The notes beneath the pieces were generated by a model, which saw only the letters and a list, made by a program, of their open reading frames with translations, was not told the DNA's origin and did not search any database. Shown one piece after another: positions 30,001 through 40,100 of a stretch of DNA of 64,000 nt. Location of the stretch: contig VMEW01000007.1 in the NCBI GenBank assembly GCA_007375735.1, positions 1,494 to 65,493 on the forward strand. The letters are read 5' to 3'. How positions within the stretch are numbered: the stretch's first letter is position 1; every line of letters begins with the position of its first letter. Source of the stretch: Candidatus Peregrinibacteria bacterium Greene0416_19 (GTDB taxonomy: Bacteria > Patescibacteriota > Gracilibacteria > Peribacterales > Peribacteraceae). Position numbers and translations under genes: made by a program.

Positions 30001-30819
30001 GTCGGCGATGACGCGGGTATTGTCGAGCGCCTCCGGCACGTGCGCGAACACGTGTTCCATCTCTTCGAATGGCCGCATGGCATAATCGCTGTCGCGCATG
30101 GAGAAGCGGCCGGGGTCGGAGACCTGGGCATTCTTCTGGATGCAGAGGAGCACGTCGTGCGCCTCGGCGTCCTCCGGCCGGCAGTAGTGACTGTAGGCGG
30201 TCGCGACCACCGGCACCCCCAACTGCTTCCCCCAGTGGATGAGCTGCTGGTTCACTTCGGCTTGTCCCGCGACTCCGGGCAGGTCGATCAATTCGAAGTA
30301 GAGGTTTTCTTTTCCGACAAACGATCGATATTCCTCAGTCAGCTCCGCAATGCGCTTGCCGTCCTCCGCCAGCGCCGCTTGCGGGATGGCTCCGCTCAGC
30401 GGTCCCGTGAGCGCAATGAGGCCCTTGCCGTACTGGCTCAAGAGCTCCGTATCCACGCGCGGCTTGTAGTACATTCCTTCGAGTGCGGATCTCGTCGCCA
30501 GCTGCAGCAGGTTCTCGTAGCCCTCCTGCGTCTCGGCGAGGAGCGTGAGCGGGAAGCGTTTGGTGTCGATGCCGCTCTCCTTATCCATACGCGTGCGCGC
30601 CGCGATGTATACATCCATCCCCAAGACCGGCTTGATACCTTTTTTCGACGCCTCCTGGTGGAACTCGATCAGGCCGTGCGTGTAGCCCTTGTCGGCAAGA
30701 CCCACCGCCGTCTGTCCCAGCTCCGCCGCCCGCGCCACGATCTCCGCCGGGCTCGGGAGGGCTTCTAATAAGGAGTAGGTCGAATGGCAGTGGAGGTGAA
30801 CAAAATCAGCTGCTTTCAT
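27025..30819 (-). CDS. dnaE: DNA polymerase III alpha subunit
   Basis: FVHLHCHSTYSLL (PHP), GPGRGSAAGS, FERFLNPER…PDCDIDF, FNKSHA. Confidence 0.97.
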   Translation of the reverse strand: MKAADFVHLHCHSTYSLLEALPSPAEIVARAAELGQTAVGLADKGYTHGLIEFHQEASKKGIKPVLGMDVYIAARTRMDKESGIDTKRFPLTLLAETQEGYENLLQLATRSALEGMYYKPRVDTELLSQYGKGLIALTGPLSGAIPQAALAEDGKRIAELTEEYRSFVGKENLYFELIDLPGVAGQAEVNQQLIHWGKQLGVPVVATAYSHYCRPEDAEAHDVLLCIQKNAQVSDPGRFSMRDSDYAMRPFEEMEHVFAHVPEALDNTRVIADRVRTAFEFGKYQIPRFPVPGGGSEDAHLTELCEKGFADRYPKASPVHRKRLQYELGVIRQVGFSGYFLIVADFVNEAKRRGITVGPGRGSAAGSMVSYCLRITDIDPIPHGLLFERFLNPERITMPDCDIDFADTRRDEVLEYVREKYGRDHVVQICTFGTLAARAAVKDVGRAYGVPFLEMNQLAKLIPERPGTKLKDALEESEELRAMFGSNDTYGRIVETALKLEGKARHVSVHACGVIISEKPAVKYTALQRAPKDENTVITQYAAKPLEALGLLKVDFLGLTNLTVIQTTLEIIERLYGEKIDLHTAPVDDRETFTLLQHGDTTGVFQLESTGMRRYLKQLKPTEFGDITAMVALYRPGPMDWIPSYIKRKHGQEQVEYTHEDLRLILEPTYGIGLYQEQILQIARLFAGFTLGEADILRRAIGKKIVKELRAQREKFVSGAKAKGYKEELAKRIFDDVITPFAGYGFNKSHAAGYARIAFETAYLKAHYPTEFMAALLSSDAQRTDRVMIEIEECRAMGIAVLPPDINESLRHFTAIPPPDVGAKKKTRAAPKGSIRFGLTAIKGIGESSVQQLIDARMQAGPFTSLEDFARRIPGKVLNKKTLEALAKSGALDSLGERNIIVQHYDRIAEFSKASGNAGAAQTDIFASLGSGAEAARIELPVTPPATPMEKLAWEKETLGLYVSSHPLAGLRKYIGKKARLVSGLSTKDVGKTVTVAGLPEMVKKLTTKKGEAMGIVTLEDPTGKIEVTFFPRTYALLAPLLEKPDTVLVVGGTLDLRGGQLQVRADAAKRASLTTMIEKAKTEGFFDEEEAKRGIALGRREEEEETIELVDEEGNVIAGETVILQKEEQGDEFLGPLGKWILGGMRLAEPLAFLGWENNGDPHEQKIPMNPKRNDRSSESSDSSDSSDSLSTKISIHTIDLPPRAPKQLLLDLKKAFESFPGHERVQLRIGAQVIPVPMTVSMSTVLENKIEEMLGRYEVKSL

Positions 30820-30833
30820 TGGTGGGGGTGGAG

Positions 30834-30870
30834 GCTTGCCCGGCGTAGCCCCCGCAGGGGCGGAGTCGGG
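30834..30870. repeat. GTAGC-type palindromic element
   Basis: GCTTGCCCGGCGTAGCCCCCGCAGGGGCGGAGTCGGG; related to 37075-37108 and 42093-42185. Confidence 0.55.
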
Positions 30871-30920
30871 TGGACGAAGTCCTCGGAGCGCATGCTTCTA
30901 CTATAGAGAAGTCCTCTAGA

Positions 30921-31020
30921 GAGGAAACCGAAGAAACCGACGATTCCGAGGATTCCTGTTTTTCCTTCGCGCGAAGCGCGATCGTCGGACTCCTCGGTTT
31001 CCTCGGACTCTTCGGACTCC
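30921..31020. repeat. Inverted arrays of a 9-bp unit (GANWCCGAN)
   Basis: Forward array 30921-30956, inverted array 30984-31020, TTCGCGCGAA palindrome between. Confidence 0.75.
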
Positions 31021-32619
31021 TCACCGTATCCCCGCCCCCGCCTTGCACTTCTGCCACCGCGGGTTTGCGGGATCGGTATCGGAGACGAACGTGCCTTTCG
31101 CGTAGGGGAAACACTCGTCCGTCGTGATGATCCGCATGACCTGTTCCAGGCGCTTGTTGCACGGGCGGAAGATGCAGGAACGTCGGAGGAAATAGGCGAA
31201 GTCCCGCACGAAGCCGCGGAGCGTCCGCTCCCCTCCGGGTTGGCCGAGCGTCGTCCCGACGGTCACGAGCCGCCCCACGGCTTGGCTCAGGTTGGAGAAG
31301 GCGGCGCGCCCGACCAAGCTCGGATCGGTACCGGCCGCGATAGTCATGCTCTCTTTCTGCGCCTGCTGCGTTTCGAACTCGCGCACGCCGGTCGCAGCCT
31401 GTCCGCCCATCAGCCGGTAGAGCCAGCTGCCGTCCAGCTGGAAGGAGCGCGGCGCCGTGCCGCGTGCGCCGAAGCTCCGGCGCAGGTCCACGTACTGTCG
31501 CAGCAGCCGCTCCTCGTCCCGCTCCAGCGAGAACGGCCCGCGCAGTTCGTACGCCAGCGCCCCCTCCAGCTTCTGGCAGACGTTCTGTCCTCCGCAGTCA
31601 GCATCGGCCCCGCACGTGATGTTGAAGTCGTTCGAACATGTCCCAACCTCCGAGGACGCGACGCAGCGTCCTATCTGCAACCTCGAACACACGGCATCGC
31701 TGTTGCAGGGAGTCATGGCATCGCCGGTGCACGCGCCGTCCAGGATGCACATGGTCCGTCGCCGGTGCTTGCGGGTGACATCCGGAGGAACCGGCGTCTG
31801 CAGCGTCCCGTTAGTCTGGAACGGCATCGACTGCATCGCCCGGTCGAACTGCGCCGTGTAGGACTGGTAGCGCCCGGCGGCGATGATGGCGCTGATGATG
31901 CCAGCGCGCTGCTGGGAGATGGCGTCCCGCAGCCACTGTCCGTCCGGATGGGTGCGGATGCGGCTCATGGCCCTGTTGAGCCCGTCCAGGTCGCACCCGT
32001 AGCCGGAGAGGCCCGGCGGCAGGTAGTTGGAATCGAACGCGCAGAACGAGACGAGCGGGTCCAGGACGAAGCGCGGATCATCGAACGGGCGTCGCACGTT
32101 CCACGAGCTGTCGATGGACGTGGGATCGCGGGCGCCCTGCAAAAGGATCTTGTAACGTTCATTCAGGAACTGCAGCAGCTGGGAGAGCAGATTGACGCTG
32201 GCAACCTTCCGCGCGTCCACGGCTCGCGTCATGGCATCCGCCACGCGCTTCATTTCCCCTTCGAGCAGGAACAGGTCGGTGCGCAGGCAGGCCGAGTTGT
32301 CCGTCAGGGACCGCCCCTGCGCCACGATCTGCCTCGTGACGTCCGTTTGCGCCGCAATCGCCGCCACCACGTTCCGCTGCCAGTGGAGCCTGTCGAAGCC
32401 GGCCGCAGGGGTCGGTGGGAATGAGGATCCCGTCGTGTACGTCCTGGCGGCCCTCGACCGGTTGAGGACGAAGTCCACGTAGTTGGATGGCTCCGCCGCC
32501 GCCGCTAACCGGATGTGCACCGTCAGACTCAGGATGATGGTGAGCATGCTGCTGCAGAGCAGTCGCGACGCGCGACGTCTGCGGATCGGTGCCAGTGAGG
32601 GTGAGTGGCGCATGATCAT
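31021..32619 (-). CDS. Secreted Cys-rich hypothetical protein (operon gene 5)
   Basis: ATGA-coupled start at 32619; signal-like segment ending AAAA; two C-x6-C-x4-C-type repeats. Confidence 0.8.
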   Translation of the reverse strand: MIMRHSPSLAPIRRRRASRLLCSSMLTIILSLTVHIRLAAAAEPSNYVDFVLNRSRAARTYTTGSSFPPTPAAGFDRLHWQRNVVAAIAAQTDVTRQIVAQGRSLTDNSACLRTDLFLLEGEMKRVADAMTRAVDARKVASVNLLSQLLQFLNERYKILLQGARDPTSIDSSWNVRRPFDDPRFVLDPLVSFCAFDSNYLPPGLSGYGCDLDGLNRAMSRIRTHPDGQWLRDAISQQRAGIISAIIAAGRYQSYTAQFDRAMQSMPFQTNGTLQTPVPPDVTRKHRRRTMCILDGACTGDAMTPCNSDAVCSRLQIGRCVASSEVGTCSNDFNITCGADADCGGQNVCQKLEGALAYELRGPFSLERDEERLLRQYVDLRRSFGARGTAPRSFQLDGSWLYRLMGGQAATGVREFETQQAQKESMTIAAGTDPSLVGRAAFSNLSQAVGRLVTVGTTLGQPGGERTLRGFVRDFAYFLRRSCIFRPCNKRLEQVMRIITTDECFPYAKGTFVSDTDPANPRWQKCKAGAGIR

Positions 32620-35258
32620 GGCGTCACATTGGGGAACCAGCCGCTGCTCTGGCTCTGTCCCGGGGCCTGCAACTCGCTGGCATTGAGGGGGCACATGGTA
32701 CGGGAGAAGTCGACGTTCGCGACGCTCTGGAGCATGGCGGTTGCGGCGTTCACCACTTCCGTGAGTGCCTGAGCGCTCCGCTGCAGGTACGGGCCGTACA
32801 GCGCGGTCCCGATCCGCATGCCGAGCGCGTCGCTCATCCGCTCGATCCCCGTCGCGGGCACGATGAGCTGCTGTTGCGAGAGCGACAGGCTGCGCACGAT
32901 CTGCAGTATTTCCTTCCCGCCTCCCAGGAGCGCCCCCTTCGCGATGAACCCGCAGGCCGCAGGCGGGGTCTGCGGCGGCAGACCGTTGAGCTGGCACAGG
33001 GCGATATCCATCTGCTGCAGCAGCTGCGCCGGTCGGTAGGGCGGGAAGTTCGCGAGCGGTGCGGAGGGCGAGGCGACAGGTGTGAACATCTCCGGATACT
33101 TGTTGCCGCCGGCGTCGAAGGGGAACGCCTGGTCCTGCACCGTGAAGCCGTTGCGCCCGGGCATCAGGCGGTGGTTCTCCAGCGATTCCTCCAGGCAGCG
33201 GTCCAGGTAGCAGAGGTTGTTGCCGATGGTGTTTTCATACGACGTGACGCGCAGGGGATCGCAGACCTCCCGTCCGATTTGGCTGATCTGCTGCAACTGC
33301 GATCGGATGAAGGGATCCTGGATGCGGTGGAGGTTGTCGCCCGTCCGGAATACTTTCCCGCCGATCGTTTCCTGGCAGGTGAGCGGACGCCGGAGAGGAT
33401 TGGTTTTGGCGGCTGCTCCGATGGCGTTCACGAATAGCGCCACCACCTCCCGTTGTTTTGTGAAGCTGAAGCTCTCCGGGCACGCGCCGAATTTTTCCGC
33501 GCGGCATTCCGCATCGGTCGCTGCCTGGGCGCAGGTTTCCACGTTCATAGGGATGCCGCCCGGGCCCAGTGTTTCCTGTCCTCCGGGACGCAAGACACCA
33601 TCCTCATCCATCGCCTGACACTGGGTACGGTTTCCTTCATACTCCATCCGGCAGCATTCGGAGAGCTTGAATTCATTATCGTTGCTTGCAGTGTAGTTCG
33701 TTCCCGGTGGCAGGTCGCAGAGCTGCCGCGCATGGACGAGTTCGTGACGGATCAGATAGGACGGCGGCGAGCCGCCGGTATTTTCCTTGATGGAGATCGA
33801 GATGATCCCTTTTGTGGTTTTCGGGTGCGTTTTCGCGTCAAATTTGATGTCGGGTGAATTGTCGCACTTGATTTCCACGTCGCAGTGCCTGGCTGGATCG
33901 AACCGCTGCGGTGACAGCGACCATGACGTCTCCACGCACGCATCCGGTCCGGTCGATGTCCGCCGCTCGGGCACGTTCTCCGTGCAGGAGGCGATGTTGA
34001 TGGTGTTCGACTGCAGACGGACCTGCTCCTTGCAGATCGCCGCTTCGCGCGTCTGCAGCGGCCGGCACAGGTAGCCTTGGCGATGGATGGGATGCTCGCA
34101 GACGGCCCAATGTTCGGGCGGCAGTGGCGGGTAGAGACCGCCCGCGATCGGCTGGCAGCGGTTCTGGGTGGGCTGCGCGTCTTCCGGCACGCCCTGTCCG
34201 CACAACGACGGCAGCACCGGCTCCACCGCGTACTGCCACGCGAACCCGGCATTCAGGAAGAGCGGGTCGGCGCCGCGTGGCACGAGTGCGTGCGGCCAGC
34301 GCTCGGCGCGGATCCACAGGAGGACGTTTCCGGGCATGAGCTCCTGGTAGGATGGCGGAATGATCCACTGCACCACCTGTCGTTCTCCCATGGCGAAGGT
34401 GAGCCGCGACACCTGCCGCGCCGTCTCCGCCAGATCCAGCAGCATCGCTTCCATCTGGCAGTTCCGTTTCTCCGTCCAGTAGAGCTCGGAGCCGGGCCTG
34501 GGCGGCAGGGCCTGCGCGCACGGCTGCGACAGCAGGGCGTACCCGGAGCGGTACCGCCACACAGTGCCGGTGAATTCCTCCACGTTCTTTTCCTTCTGCG
34601 CAGACGTGACGACACTGGTGAGGATTGTCCCGCTCAGCGCCTTCCCCAGGGTTGTGATTTTCTGCCGCAGCTCCGGCGTCTCCGGCAGCGGGATCGCCCG
34701 CAGCACCGCGCCGCTCCCCGCGACCGTCACTGCGCCGGAGCCGGCGCGCCAGAGGTGGGTGATGCTCTGCACCTGCAAGATCATGGCGCCGGACACGTCG
34801 GTGTCGAGGGGCCGCTCGTAGCTGTCGGCGATCGCCTGCAGGTCGCGCCCGAGCGCGCGCACCTTCTCCTCCCGGCGGGCGAGCATCAGGATGTCTTGCG
34901 CCAGCTGGTTGCATTTCCCCAGCCCCTGCGCTGGGCGGTGGGTCTTGCCGGCGCAGAAGACACCCCGCAGTTCCGGTCGCAGGGCCTGATCCACCTCGAA
35001 GCGGTACACGATCTGCCGCAGCCGCGGCGCGCTTGCCACCGCGGAAAGGAAGCGCTTGAGCGGGGCTTCCACAGTGTGCTGAAAGGTGCGGTTCAGGAAC
35101 GCTTCACGTTCCGTCGTCGTCAGCATCAGGTCGTAGAGATTCGGGGCAGCCCCGCGCGCGCTTGCGCGCCGCGGGGCCGGCACCGCGCTGAGCGCGGTGG
35201 CCACGATGAGCATGACGATTATCTTCACCAGCCTGTGTTGACGGATGGTGACGATCAT
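32616..35258 (-). CDS. Secreted Cys-rich protein with HExxH metallopeptidase-like motif (operon gene 4)
   Basis: ATGA-coupled start at 35258 (MIVTIRQHRLVKIIVMLIVATALSA); HELVH at 33732-33746 with downstream E. Confidence 0.8.
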   Translation of the reverse strand: MIVTIRQHRLVKIIVMLIVATALSAVPAPRRASARGAAPNLYDLMLTTTEREAFLNRTFQHTVEAPLKRFLSAVASAPRLRQIVYRFEVDQALRPELRGVFCAGKTHRPAQGLGKCNQLAQDILMLARREEKVRALGRDLQAIADSYERPLDTDVSGAMILQVQSITHLWRAGSGAVTVAGSGAVLRAIPLPETPELRQKITTLGKALSGTILTSVVTSAQKEKNVEEFTGTVWRYRSGYALLSQPCAQALPPRPGSELYWTEKRNCQMEAMLLDLAETARQVSRLTFAMGERQVVQWIIPPSYQELMPGNVLLWIRAERWPHALVPRGADPLFLNAGFAWQYAVEPVLPSLCGQGVPEDAQPTQNRCQPIAGGLYPPLPPEHWAVCEHPIHRQGYLCRPLQTREAAICKEQVRLQSNTINIASCTENVPERRTSTGPDACVETSWSLSPQRFDPARHCDVEIKCDNSPDIKFDAKTHPKTTKGIISISIKENTGGSPPSYLIRHELVHARQLCDLPPGTNYTASNDNEFKLSECCRMEYEGNRTQCQAMDEDGVLRPGGQETLGPGGIPMNVETCAQAATDAECRAEKFGACPESFSFTKQREVVALFVNAIGAAAKTNPLRRPLTCQETIGGKVFRTGDNLHRIQDPFIRSQLQQISQIGREVCDPLRVTSYENTIGNNLCYLDRCLEESLENHRLMPGRNGFTVQDQAFPFDAGGNKYPEMFTPVASPSAPLANFPPYRPAQLLQQMDIALCQLNGLPPQTPPAACGFIAKGALLGGGKEILQIVRSLSLSQQQLIVPATGIERMSDALGMRIGTALYGPYLQRSAQALTEVVNAATAMLQSVANVDFSRTMCPLNASELQAPGQSQSSGWFPNVTP

Positions 35259-36199
35259 CGGTTGGGCGGTGGATTGCGGAGAGATCCGCGCGCATCCCAG
35301 ATGCGCGGCAGGCAGGCGCTCGTCTCGGCCGCGAGGCCCAGGACGTTGCGGATATCCAGGGACGCACGCTCCAGGCATGCAAGATTCATGCTCAACGGCT
35401 GCAGCCGCTCGGTGCCGGCCAGGAACAGGAGGGTGCGGTGGAGCGCTGCACGCGGGATGGAGAGCTCCTGCTGGATGATCGACGCGCGGCGGATGCCTTC
35501 CCCCGCCAGCCCTGCCCCGGTGAGCGGCGTGAGCGATCCAAAGGCGGTTGCGATGTCGGCGGGGAGGAAGTCGCGCGCTTCCCGCATCGCACATTCGTAC
35601 TCCCGCAGGTACTCCAGAAGCACCGCGCCCATGTCCTGTTCGGTGAGGGCTTGCATGGCTGCCGGCGTCTTCCACGGTTTCAGCTTTGCGGCGAGCGTGC
35701 GGAGGTCCTGTGACGGAGGACTGGTGACGTTGCCGGTGCAGATGGGGGACTGCGGACGGAGATGTGCAGAGACGATGCGCCGCAGATCGTTGTGGTAGGT
35801 CAGCACCCACTGTTCCAGGTTGCCGCCATTCCCGCTGGTGAAGAGCGCCTCGTTCCGCTCGCACTGCCCACCACCGGCAGGAGTGCCGCTTCTTCCGGTG
35901 GAACCACCCGTGGCGCCGCCGGTCGTTCCACCGGCGCTGCCCCCTGTGGTGCCGGTTGTCCCGCCAGTCGTACCCCCAGCCGTTCCACCAGTCGCACCAC
36001 CCGTTCCTCCGCTCGTGCCGCAGATCGGGCAAGTCGCTTGCAGCATCAATCGGTCGCTGCCGTTCCACTGCGCGATGAGCACCGGTGCGGCGGCCAGGAA
36101 CAGGAGTCCCGTCACGGTGACTGCCAGCCGCGAACGCGTGAGCCGGTGCCACGTCGTTCGCGAACGAACATGCCGGTGATTGCTGTGGAGCTTACTCAT
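35255..36199 (-). CDS. Secreted hypothetical protein with Gly/Thr linker (operon gene 3)
   Basis: Start 36199 overlaps the upstream stop; signal/TM, CPIC, GGTTG linker. Confidence 0.8.
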   Translation of the reverse strand: MSKLHSNHRHVRSRTTWHRLTRSRLAVTVTGLLFLAAAPVLIAQWNGSDRLMLQATCPICGTSGGTGGATGGTAGGTTGGTTGTTGGSAGGTTGGATGGSTGRSGTPAGGGQCERNEALFTSGNGGNLEQWVLTYHNDLRRIVSAHLRPQSPICTGNVTSPPSQDLRTLAAKLKPWKTPAAMQALTEQDMGAVLLEYLREYECAMREARDFLPADIATAFGSLTPLTGAGLAGEGIRRASIIQQELSIPRAALHRTLLFLAGTERLQPLSMNLACLERASLDIRNVLGLAAETSACLPRIWDARGSLRNPPPNR

Positions 36200-37163
36200 T
36201 GCATTCAGCGAGGAAACAAGGGATGCGTGCCAGTTGTCCCACGAGCGGCAGGGCCTGCCGGAGAGGAGTGAGCAGATCGGTGCGGAACGCACCCAGGAAC
36301 ACGTCGGTCATGCCCGCGAACTGGAGGAGCGTCCGGTATGCGGCGTCGTACCCTGTTGCGAGCTTGAGCAGTTCTGCCTCCCGGCCCGCCAGCTCCGCCA
36401 TGGACGCCGGGCAGTAGGTGCGGGCGATCACCTGGTCCGCGGCTGTCGCAAACTGCGTCCCCGCCCCCGGCGGGCCGGCCGTGCTGCCGAGCGCATTCAG
36501 GAAACAGGAGGTGGGGGCGGGAACCCTGGCCGCCACACAGCCGGGCACCGTCACTTCGTAGTACGCGATGCCGCTGATCATCACGATCTGCGGGTCCAGG
36601 CTCTGCGCGCGCTCCGCTGCGATGCAGATGGCGGCCAGCCGGCACTGGAACGCGCGGTACGACTGCGTCAGGTGCGGCACCAGCTCACTCGTCAGCGCGC
36701 CGCGTGTCTCGAAGATGCCGCGTCGCACCGGCGTGGACGTGTTCGCCGCGAACCAGTCGCGCTCGCTGAGGGCGTCCATCCGGCTGTCATTCAGCGCAGT
36801 GCGGCTGAGCCGGGGAACGGCCGTCCGCCACTCGTTGTGGCGCAGCTTGATCCACGGGTTTCTTTGGATGTCGTAGCGTGTGGTGCCGAGCGGTTCATCC
36901 GCCGCGCTATGTATACCGAAGAGGACGCCGCGGTACACGCGCTGTTCCTGGGCAGCCAGATCATTCACTTGCCCGATGCAGGCGCTGGCGGGAATCAGTC
37001 TCTGCGCACGCGCCGTGACTGGAGCGAGTATCAGGGTAAGGGCAAGGGTCAGGGCAAGGGCAAGGGCCGGGGTTCCCCCCTTCGTCAAGCCTTCGGGGGA
37101 CAGGCGGGTTTGGGTGCGGGCTCGAGACATCGGGCCGGTGGTTGCGGAGCGTCGGAGCGTCAT
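36192..37163 (-). CDS. Secreted Cys-containing hypothetical protein (operon gene 2)
   Basis: ATGA-coupled start at 37163; hydrophobic LALALTL…ARA signal; ends IPCFLAECNE. Confidence 0.8.
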   Translation of the reverse strand: MTLRRSATTGPMSRARTQTRLSPEGLTKGGTPALALALTLALTLILAPVTARAQRLIPASACIGQVNDLAAQEQRVYRGVLFGIHSAADEPLGTTRYDIQRNPWIKLRHNEWRTAVPRLSRTALNDSRMDALSERDWFAANTSTPVRRGIFETRGALTSELVPHLTQSYRAFQCRLAAICIAAERAQSLDPQIVMISGIAYYEVTVPGCVAARVPAPTSCFLNALGSTAGPPGAGTQFATAADQVIARTYCPASMAELAGREAELLKLATGYDAAYRTLLQFAGMTDVFLGAFRTDLLTPLRQALPLVGQLARIPCFLAECNE

Positions 37164-40100
37164 GGCTTGCGCGGAGGGAAGAGGTCCACGGGTCTGGGGA
37201 CGCCGAAGACGGGATACAGCGTCCACGGCGGTGTGACGTACGGCGTCCCGCCGCGGATGGTTCCGTTCGGATTCAGCGTGTACCCTCGCTCCTCGGCTCT
37301 CATCGATTCCACCGGATCGAAGTCGGGATTATTGATGTCGAACGACGGCTGACGGGGTTCCTGCGGGATGGTGATACGGACACCGCCGCGCCCCCCTGTG
37401 CGTTCCCCCTGCAGGGTGATGCAGGCGTGATCGTCGGGCAGACACGTTGCATCTTTTCTGGGAGGCTGTGCGCCCGGCGGCGCGGTCAGGGGAGGAATGA
37501 ACGTTCTGCCGATTCCCTGCGTTTCCTTGTCCTCCTTCAGCAGCACCGCAGGCCGGGCGGTGATGCGCTCGATGCGTTCCATGAGATCCATTTCGACGTG
37601 GACGCAGCTCGCTTGCTGCCATCCGCAACATTCGAGTGGCTGCAGAGCTCTTCCGTTGCACTTGGGCGCGTCCCGCGCCTGCCGGTCCAGGCTCTGCCAG
37701 AACTTCTTGTACGTATCGTTCATGCCGGCGATCATCATCTTGGCGTGTTCCAGCGCACTGCGTGCCTGTGCCGCATTGAACGCCGGCGGGTCGGGCAGAA
37801 CCGGCGGGGATGCGCCGAAAACGACGTTCGGGAGCAGCCGGTCCAATCGGTCCCACTGCACGAGCAGCACATCCGGCAGCGGCGGCAGGGTGGGGAGGGA
37901 GGCAGGGTCCAGGACGGATCCCGGGAGCGGAATCTGCATACGGATCTGGATCGGCTTCAGGACCGGCACCTTCAACGATCCCGACGATACCTTGAGCACC
38001 GACAAATCCCAGATCAGATCCGCTTCTCCGGCTGGCGGGCAGAGCATCGGCAGACGCTTCTGACCGTCCGGCCCGGTAGGGTTACAGGCGGGGCTCAGAT
38101 CCTGCAGGTCCGGCCGCGGTGGGTACCATGGATCGAGCAGGGAGTAGATGGGCGTGGTGAAGCGGTCGTTGCGGCACCACGGCATATTCGTGATGTCGCT
38201 GAACTCGACGAATTGCTTCTGCGCGGAGCGCCAGATGTTCTGAAGCTCCTCACGCTCGCGGAACTGCTTCAGGTGCTTGTCGTACGCGCGGCCGTTCTGC
38301 TCGATCCACGACTGCAGGTACCGCAGCAGATTCTCCTGCCGCATGAGCAGCACCGACAGGTACTTGGCGATTTCCCCGCGCAGACCGTGGTAGCTCTCTA
38401 TCTGCTTCGCGTACTGTTCCAGTGTGTCGATCAGAGAGTCCACCTCCGCTGGTACCGGGAGCCGGGCGGCATCGCGTTTGGACTTCCACTCCTTCCACAA
38501 CGCCGCCGCCGTCCGGAACTCGACCGGTGACCCGGCCGGCACCACCACCGGCACCGGCTCCTCCCGTACCGGAAGGATGAGCGACTGCTTCAGGTAATGC
38601 CCCAGGAGTCCCACCAGATCGTCCTGGGCCGTCAGCTGCACGTCGATCGCTTGCTGCAACGCGGTACCGCTCGCGGGCACGTCGATGAGCGTTGTCTCGA
38701 GCGGCCGGAGGGCATCCAGCCGGTAGCTCCAGCTCACCGGCAACCGCAGGTGCACGAGTGGCGGGGTGAACAGCCGGTGCGCGTCCGTCTCGAACTGCTG
38801 CCACCAGCGCGTGAACGGCCGCAGCTCCCGCCGCGCGTTCGACACGCTGTCATCCACCGATCGCAGTATCGACTGCCGCGCGCGCGGCGCGGTCTGGGTG
38901 TTCTGCGGCACAGCCTGCACGACGGCCTTATCCGGATTCAGCAGCGCCTCACTCAGGTTTCCTTTCCATCCGGGGATGGAGAGGAAGGAGAGAGCGCTGC
39001 CCAGGTTTGGATACCAGGTGTCGGTCGCGGCATTGAAGCGCGGATTCCGCGGCGCCTGGAACAGGTCGATGGGGAGCGGGTTCGGCTTGTAGTGTCCTTT
39101 GCCCGACTGCGTGTTCCGCAAATTCTGCCACTGTACCGGCAGGTCGATGACGCAGCGTTGGTCCTTCGTCTCCGTCTTGCGGCTGCGCGGGTCGAATTCG
39201 TCGTAGAAACCGTAGCAGGCTGCCTGCCCGTTCCTCACGTCACTCAGAGCATCCCGCGGAGCATCGTTGATTTTGCTCCGCGAGGCACTGATATTCTTGT
39301 AGCTGCGGTAGAAGGAGCGGTACGGCTTGTTGTTCTCCGCCGACTTCTTGCAGGTATCGTCGCTTTTGGCGGAGCAGCGGAGCTCCTTTCCCTTCGCATC
39401 GATCAGGCAGTTCTTCTGGCCGGGGCTCCCCACGCGCGGCACGAGCGGATCCACCCACTCGTCGGAGCAGGTCCACCGCTTCGCCCATGTCACGCATTTT
39501 CCATACCATACCTTACCGGTGAGATCGGGAATGGGCGGGCTGAGCGGGACCGCAATGCGGCAATCCTGGTACGTCCACTTGCTGTCGTTCAACCAGCTGC
39601 AGAAGTTTGTGCACTTGCCGAGATTGTGCGGAGGCGTGTCCTTCTGCTGCCGGTCTTTCCACAAGCAGGGCGGGTCCTCGAAGTACGGGTGGGCGATATT
39701 GATTTTTTTATTCTTGGTACCCGGCAGGTCCCCGTCGCTGTACACCCTCTTGTCGATATTCCCTTTCTTCTCTTCGCATACGGTGAGCATTCCTGTCGTG
39801 TGGTTCCACGTGGGGAAGAAAAATCCGTTCCCCGTCTTCCCAGGAGTGTATTGGTCGGTCTCCTGCCTCTTTCCCATGCCGGATCCGGGATTTCCCAGTG
39901 GATCACTCGTGCGGCCGGGTACGCCGCCGGCGCGCGGGATCTTGCCCTGCACCGACTCGCGGGGATCCGTGCTCCAGCCGCCGCACTGGGCTGCATCCAG
40001 TGTCCGCACAATCTGGTTCTGGATGGCGGGGATCTGGCTGACGCTCTGGGTATTCGAGAGCGGCGGGACCTGGAATGCGGCATGTGCGGAGCGCCCGGCG

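Noticed and set aside
28519..30768. 749-aa plus-strand ORF
   Set aside because: Antisense shadow of dnaE caused by high-GC codon bias; no motifs
27025..30819. Intein in DnaE
   Set aside because: No C/S…HN splice motifs or LAGLIDADG block; the extra length is C-terminal and partly repeat-derived
35880..36015. GGTTG-type repeat, and the Ser-rich tract at ~54900-55020
   Set aside because: Ordinary low-complexity protein linkers
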